In this document: positions 29,064-32,000 of the stretch, piece by piece | Numbering within the stretch: the first letter of the stretch is position 1 | Layout: the number at the start of each line of letters is the position of its first letter | Assembly: GCA_000166095.1 (NCBI GenBank) | Contig: CP002278.1 | Location: 900,001-932,000, forward strand | Origin: Methanothermus fervidus DSM 2088 | GTDB taxonomy: Archaea > Methanobacteriota > Methanobacteria > DSM-2088 > Methanothermaceae | Direction: 5' to 3' | DNA length: 32,000 bases | Notes under the pieces: model-generated | The model's database searches: none | What the model was told of the DNA's origin: nothing | Seen by the model: only the letters and a program-made list of their open reading frames with translations | Program-made: the position numbers and the translations under genes

Positions 29064-29154
29064 TAATAATATATAAAATTTGCTACTTTTTGTCAAGTGA
29101 AAATTGTAATAAAAAATTTAAAAATATATTGTAGTAAAAACACATGGGGTGAAA

Positions 29155-29619
29155 ATGCCATCACATTTAGCCTCAGCCCTGAAGTGTATAACCGCAATAA
29201 AACTCAAAAAACAAGGATTATCACAAGCTAAAATATCTAAATTGCTTGGTATAAATAGATCAACGGTTTCTCATTATTTACACGGCAGAAATGTCTCTCC
29301 AAAATCACTAAAGGTAGCAAAAATAATAATCAATTTTTGTCCAAGAGATTTCATACTTTTTGTACAGAGTGTTATAGAAAAAAAAGAAGAAGTAAAAACA
29401 ATAGTAAAGACATGTCAAAATAGAAACTTCAAAGTTCTTGTAAAAGATTCTTGTATTGGATGCGGAACATGTAGTGAAAAATGTCCTATGGATGCCATAA
29501 AAATTTCAGGGCTGAAGGCTAAAGTAAATTCTAAATTATGTTGCGGATGTGAATTTTGTATTAAAGTTTGTAAAACAAATTCAATTGAAATTATGGAGGT
29601 AAAAAACAATGGAAATTGA
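29155..29619 (+). CDS. HTH DNA-binding domain fused to 2x[4Fe-4S] ferredoxin, fwd operon-associated
   Basis: [32 protein letters not shown], then [12 protein letters not shown] and [15 protein letters not shown] at 29155 behind GGGGTG; track start 29149 is GTG. Confidence 0.8.
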   Translation: MPSHLASALKCITAIKLKKQGLSQAKISKLLGINRSTVSHYLHGRNVSPKSLKVAKIIINFCPRDFILFVQSVIEKKEEVKTIVKTCQNRNFKVLVKDSCIGCGTCSEKCPMDAIKISGLKAKVNSKLCCGCEFCIKVCKTNSIEIMEVKNNGN

Positions 29620-30634
29620 GACTATACATGAAAGATCTGGTAAAGAAACTAGAGAATTAATATTTAATGAAGAAAAATGCAATGTTTGTGGCCTTTGTGA
29701 AAAAATTTGCCCTGTTAACGCTATTGAGGTATCTCCTCCTGGTGCAGTAGTTAGGGAAGAAAACATATCAAAATTAATTCTAGATGAAGACAAATGCGTA
29801 CTTTGTGGTATGTGTAGTTCTATATGTCCATATGATGCATTAGATTTACAAATTGACAAAAAATCTATCAAAGATATTCCTGAATATCCTACTTTAATAA
29901 AATCTTCTGAAATTGATGAAGAAAAATGCATATATTGTAAATCATGTGAAATAGTTTGCCCCCAAGGAGCTATTACAATAACAAGAGAACTTCCTGAAAG
30001 ATCTGAATTAGTGACAGGGGAAATTGAAATAGATAAAGATAAATGTATATTCTGTGGTGTTTGTGAGGAAATGTGTCCAGCAGCAGCTATAGAAATAGAA
30101 TGGAAAGAACCTACATCTATTGATCCATCAACTGCTAACGATATACGGGTAGATGAGAAAAAATGTGTATATTGTATGATTTGTAAAAGAGTTTGTCCTG
30201 TAAATGCAATAAAAGTGATATGTAAAGTTTGTCCATACGGAGAATACGAAATAAAAGAACCAGAAATAAAAGGAAGTACATATATAGACTCAGAATTATG
30301 TGTTAATTGTGGATGGTGTCAGGAAACATGTCCAGTTGATGCTATAAAAATTGAGAAACCATTTGAAGGAACTGTGGAAATAAATGAGGAATTATGTCAA
30401 GGATGTGCAACATGTGTCGAGGTATGTCCATGTAATGCATTATCATTCCCAAAACCATCAAAACCTGGAGAAAAACCACAAAAATTACACATAGAAGAAA
30501 AATTCTGTGTTTATTGTGGCGCTTGTGAAAAAGCTTGTCCAACAGATGCAATAAAAGTTAGGAGAACTAATATAAAACATACGCCAATATTATCAAAAGC
30601 TTGGAAAGTAAGATTCGACAGTCTAAAAGAATAA
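29609..30634 (+). CDS. fwdF: Formylmethanofuran dehydrogenase polyferredoxin subunit F
   Basis: 341 aa with eight CxxCxxCxxxC motifs ([88 protein letters not shown]). Confidence 0.9.
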   Translation: MEIETIHERSGKETRELIFNEEKCNVCGLCEKICPVNAIEVSPPGAVVREENISKLILDEDKCVLCGMCSSICPYDALDLQIDKKSIKDIPEYPTLIKSSEIDEEKCIYCKSCEIVCPQGAITITRELPERSELVTGEIEIDKDKCIFCGVCEEMCPAAAIEIEWKEPTSIDPSTANDIRVDEKKCVYCMICKRVCPVNAIKVICKVCPYGEYEIKEPEIKGSTYIDSELCVNCGWCQETCPVDAIKIEKPFEGTVEINEELCQGCATCVEVCPCNALSFPKPSKPGEKPQKLHIEEKFCVYCGACEKACPTDAIKVRRTNIKHTPILSKAWKVRFDSLKE

Positions 30635-30649
30635 AAGGAGGTTCTAAAA

Positions 30650-30898
30650 TTGGCATTGGAATTAAAAGTATATCCAGACCTTTGTCATGGTTGTGGAAAT
30701 TGTGTTGTAGCCTGCCCTGTAAATGCATCAAATAATCCTGACGTTGCAGGAGGAAAAGGTCCAACAGAAGACAATAAATTGGTTATAATAGTTGAAGATG
30801 GAACTGTAACTATTTTAAATCCTGAATTGTGTGAAAAATGTGGAACATGCGTTGAATCTTGCCCTGTTGACGCAATAAGATTGGAGGAATCAAAATGA
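30650..30898 (+). CDS. fwdG: Formylmethanofuran dehydrogenase ferredoxin subunit G
   Basis: 82 aa, CHGCGNCVVACPVNA and CEKCGTCVESCPVDA, between fwdF and fwdD. Confidence 0.88.
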   Translation: MALELKVYPDLCHGCGNCVVACPVNASNNPDVAGGKGPTEDNKLVIIVEDGTVTILNPELCEKCGTCVESCPVDAIRLEESK

Positions 30899-31278
30899 AG
30901 GCAATATTAAATACAGGAAGGACAATATGGCAAGGACAGGCAATAGAAGCAGGTAAGGATTTAGATTTATATATAGATGCAGCAGCTGTTGTATATATGA
31001 ATCGTGAAATGATGAATGAATTAGGAGTAAAGGAAGGAGATAATGTTAAGGTCAAATCAAAATATGGAGAAGTAGTTGTTAAAGTTGTAGAAGCAAAAGA
31101 ACCCTTACCAGAAGGGATGATATATATTCCTATGGGTCCTTGGGCAAATAAGGTTGTTAGACCAAATACCGATTCTACTGCAACACCAAGTTTTAAAAAT
31201 GTTCCTGTTGAAGTGGAACCAACTGATGAAGAAGTTCCCGACATGCCTACTTTAATGAAAACTTATGGAAAAGAATAG
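30895..31278 (+). CDS. fwdD: Formylmethanofuran dehydrogenase subunit D
   Basis: [36 protein letters not shown]...[22 protein letters not shown]; molybdopterin dinucleotide-binding domain; ATGA overlap with fwdG. Confidence 0.9.
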   Translation: MKAILNTGRTIWQGQAIEAGKDLDLYIDAAAVVYMNREMMNELGVKEGDNVKVKSKYGEVVVKVVEAKEPLPEGMIYIPMGPWANKVVRPNTDSTATPSFKNVPVEVEPTDEEVPDMPTLMKTYGKE

Positions 31279-31291
31279 GGGTGAATTAAAA

Positions 31292-32000
31292 ATGGAATAC
31301 ATAATAAAGAATGGTTTTGTTTACTGTCCTTTAAATAATATTGACGGAGAAAAAATGGATATTTGTGTAAAAGATGGTAAAATTGTTGAAGATGTAAGTA
31401 GCGATGCCAAAATAATAGATGCGAGCGGAAAAATAGTAATGCCTGGTGGTGTAGACCCACATGCACATTTAGCTGGAGGAAAAGTAAACGTTGGACGAAT
31501 GTATCGTCCTGAAGATAGTAGACGGGATGTTGAACCTAAAATTAAAGGAGGAAGATCTGGTAGTGGATTTTCAGTGCCTTCAACTTTTATGGCTGGATAT
31601 AGATTCGCACGTATGGGTTATACAACTGTAATGGAAGCTGCAATGCCTCCTTTATTAGCAAGACATACACATGAAGAATTCCATGATACTCCAATCGTTG
31701 ACCATGCTGCATATCCGCTATTTGGTAACAATTGGTTTGTAATGGAATATTTAAAAGAAGGTGATATAGACTCATGTGCAGCATATGTGTCTTGGTTGTT
31801 AGAAGCAACAAAAGGATATACCATTAAAATTGTAAATCCTGGAGGAACTGAAGCTTGGGGATGGGGAGGTAACGTACATAGTTTGGATGATCCAGTACCT
31901 TATTTTGAGATTACACCAAGAGAAATAATAAGAGGTCTTGCTGAAGTAAATGAAAAACTTCAACTACCACATTCAATACACTTACACTGCAACAATTTAG
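31292..32000 (+). CDS. fwdA: Formylmethanofuran dehydrogenase subunit A, truncated by window end
   Basis: Absent from the ORF track because it runs off the window. [31 protein letters not shown]...[33 protein letters not shown]; amidohydrolase-type. Confidence 0.92.
   Translation, partial: MEYIIKNGFVYCPLNNIDGEKMDICVKDGKIVEDVSSDAKIIDASGKIVMPGGVDPHAHLAGGKVNVGRMYRPEDSRRDVEPKIKGGRSGSGFSVPSTFMAGYRFARMGYTTVMEAAMPPLLARHTHEEFHDTPIVDHAAYPLFGNNWFVMEYLKEGDIDSCAAYVSWLLEATKGYTIKIVNPGGTEAWGWGGNVHSLDDPVPYFEITPREIIRGLAEVNEKLQLPHSIHLHCNNL

Noticed and set aside
30342-31811. Multiple small ORFs antisense to, or out of frame with, fwdF, fwdG, fwdD and fwdA
   Set aside because: fwd genes account for the coding signal; these are shadow ORFs rich in Leu/His.

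Overview
This window looks like an AT-rich chromosomal segment from a methanogenic archaeon. The marker content is a tungsten/molybdenum formylmethanofuran dehydrogenase operon, AksA and a homoaconitase-type large subunit for coenzyme B, a CfbA-like chelatase, 2-phosphoglycerate kinase and archaeal CDC48. It resembles Methanobacteriales; Methanothermus is only a guess. It is mostly dense housekeeping and methanogenesis DNA. I saw no rRNA, no convincing tRNA, no CRISPR array and no transposon. Items most worth a second look: (1) a small protein at 248-580 with an N-terminal archaeal histone-fold signature, altered DNA-contact motifs and a C-terminal coiled-coil-like tail; (2) a UPF0282-like metallo-beta-lactamase-fold gene whose conserved N-terminus appears to start at a non-canonical ATT (7317) behind an ideal Shine-Dalgarno and right after an in-frame stop; (3) a split cbiM (frame change at about 3424) in a cbiMNQ cluster without cbiO; (4) a large secreted, TM-anchored, internally duplicated surface protein next to a secreted beta-helix-like protein with no anchor; (5) a DNA-binding HTH fused to a ferredoxin at the head of the fwd operon, with a palindrome and repeated half-site upstream; (6) an IcaA/PgaC-like glycosyltransferase paired with a small membrane protein; (7) a double-domain PurE with complementary motif losses. 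I cannot name a wholly new multi-gene system with confidence.
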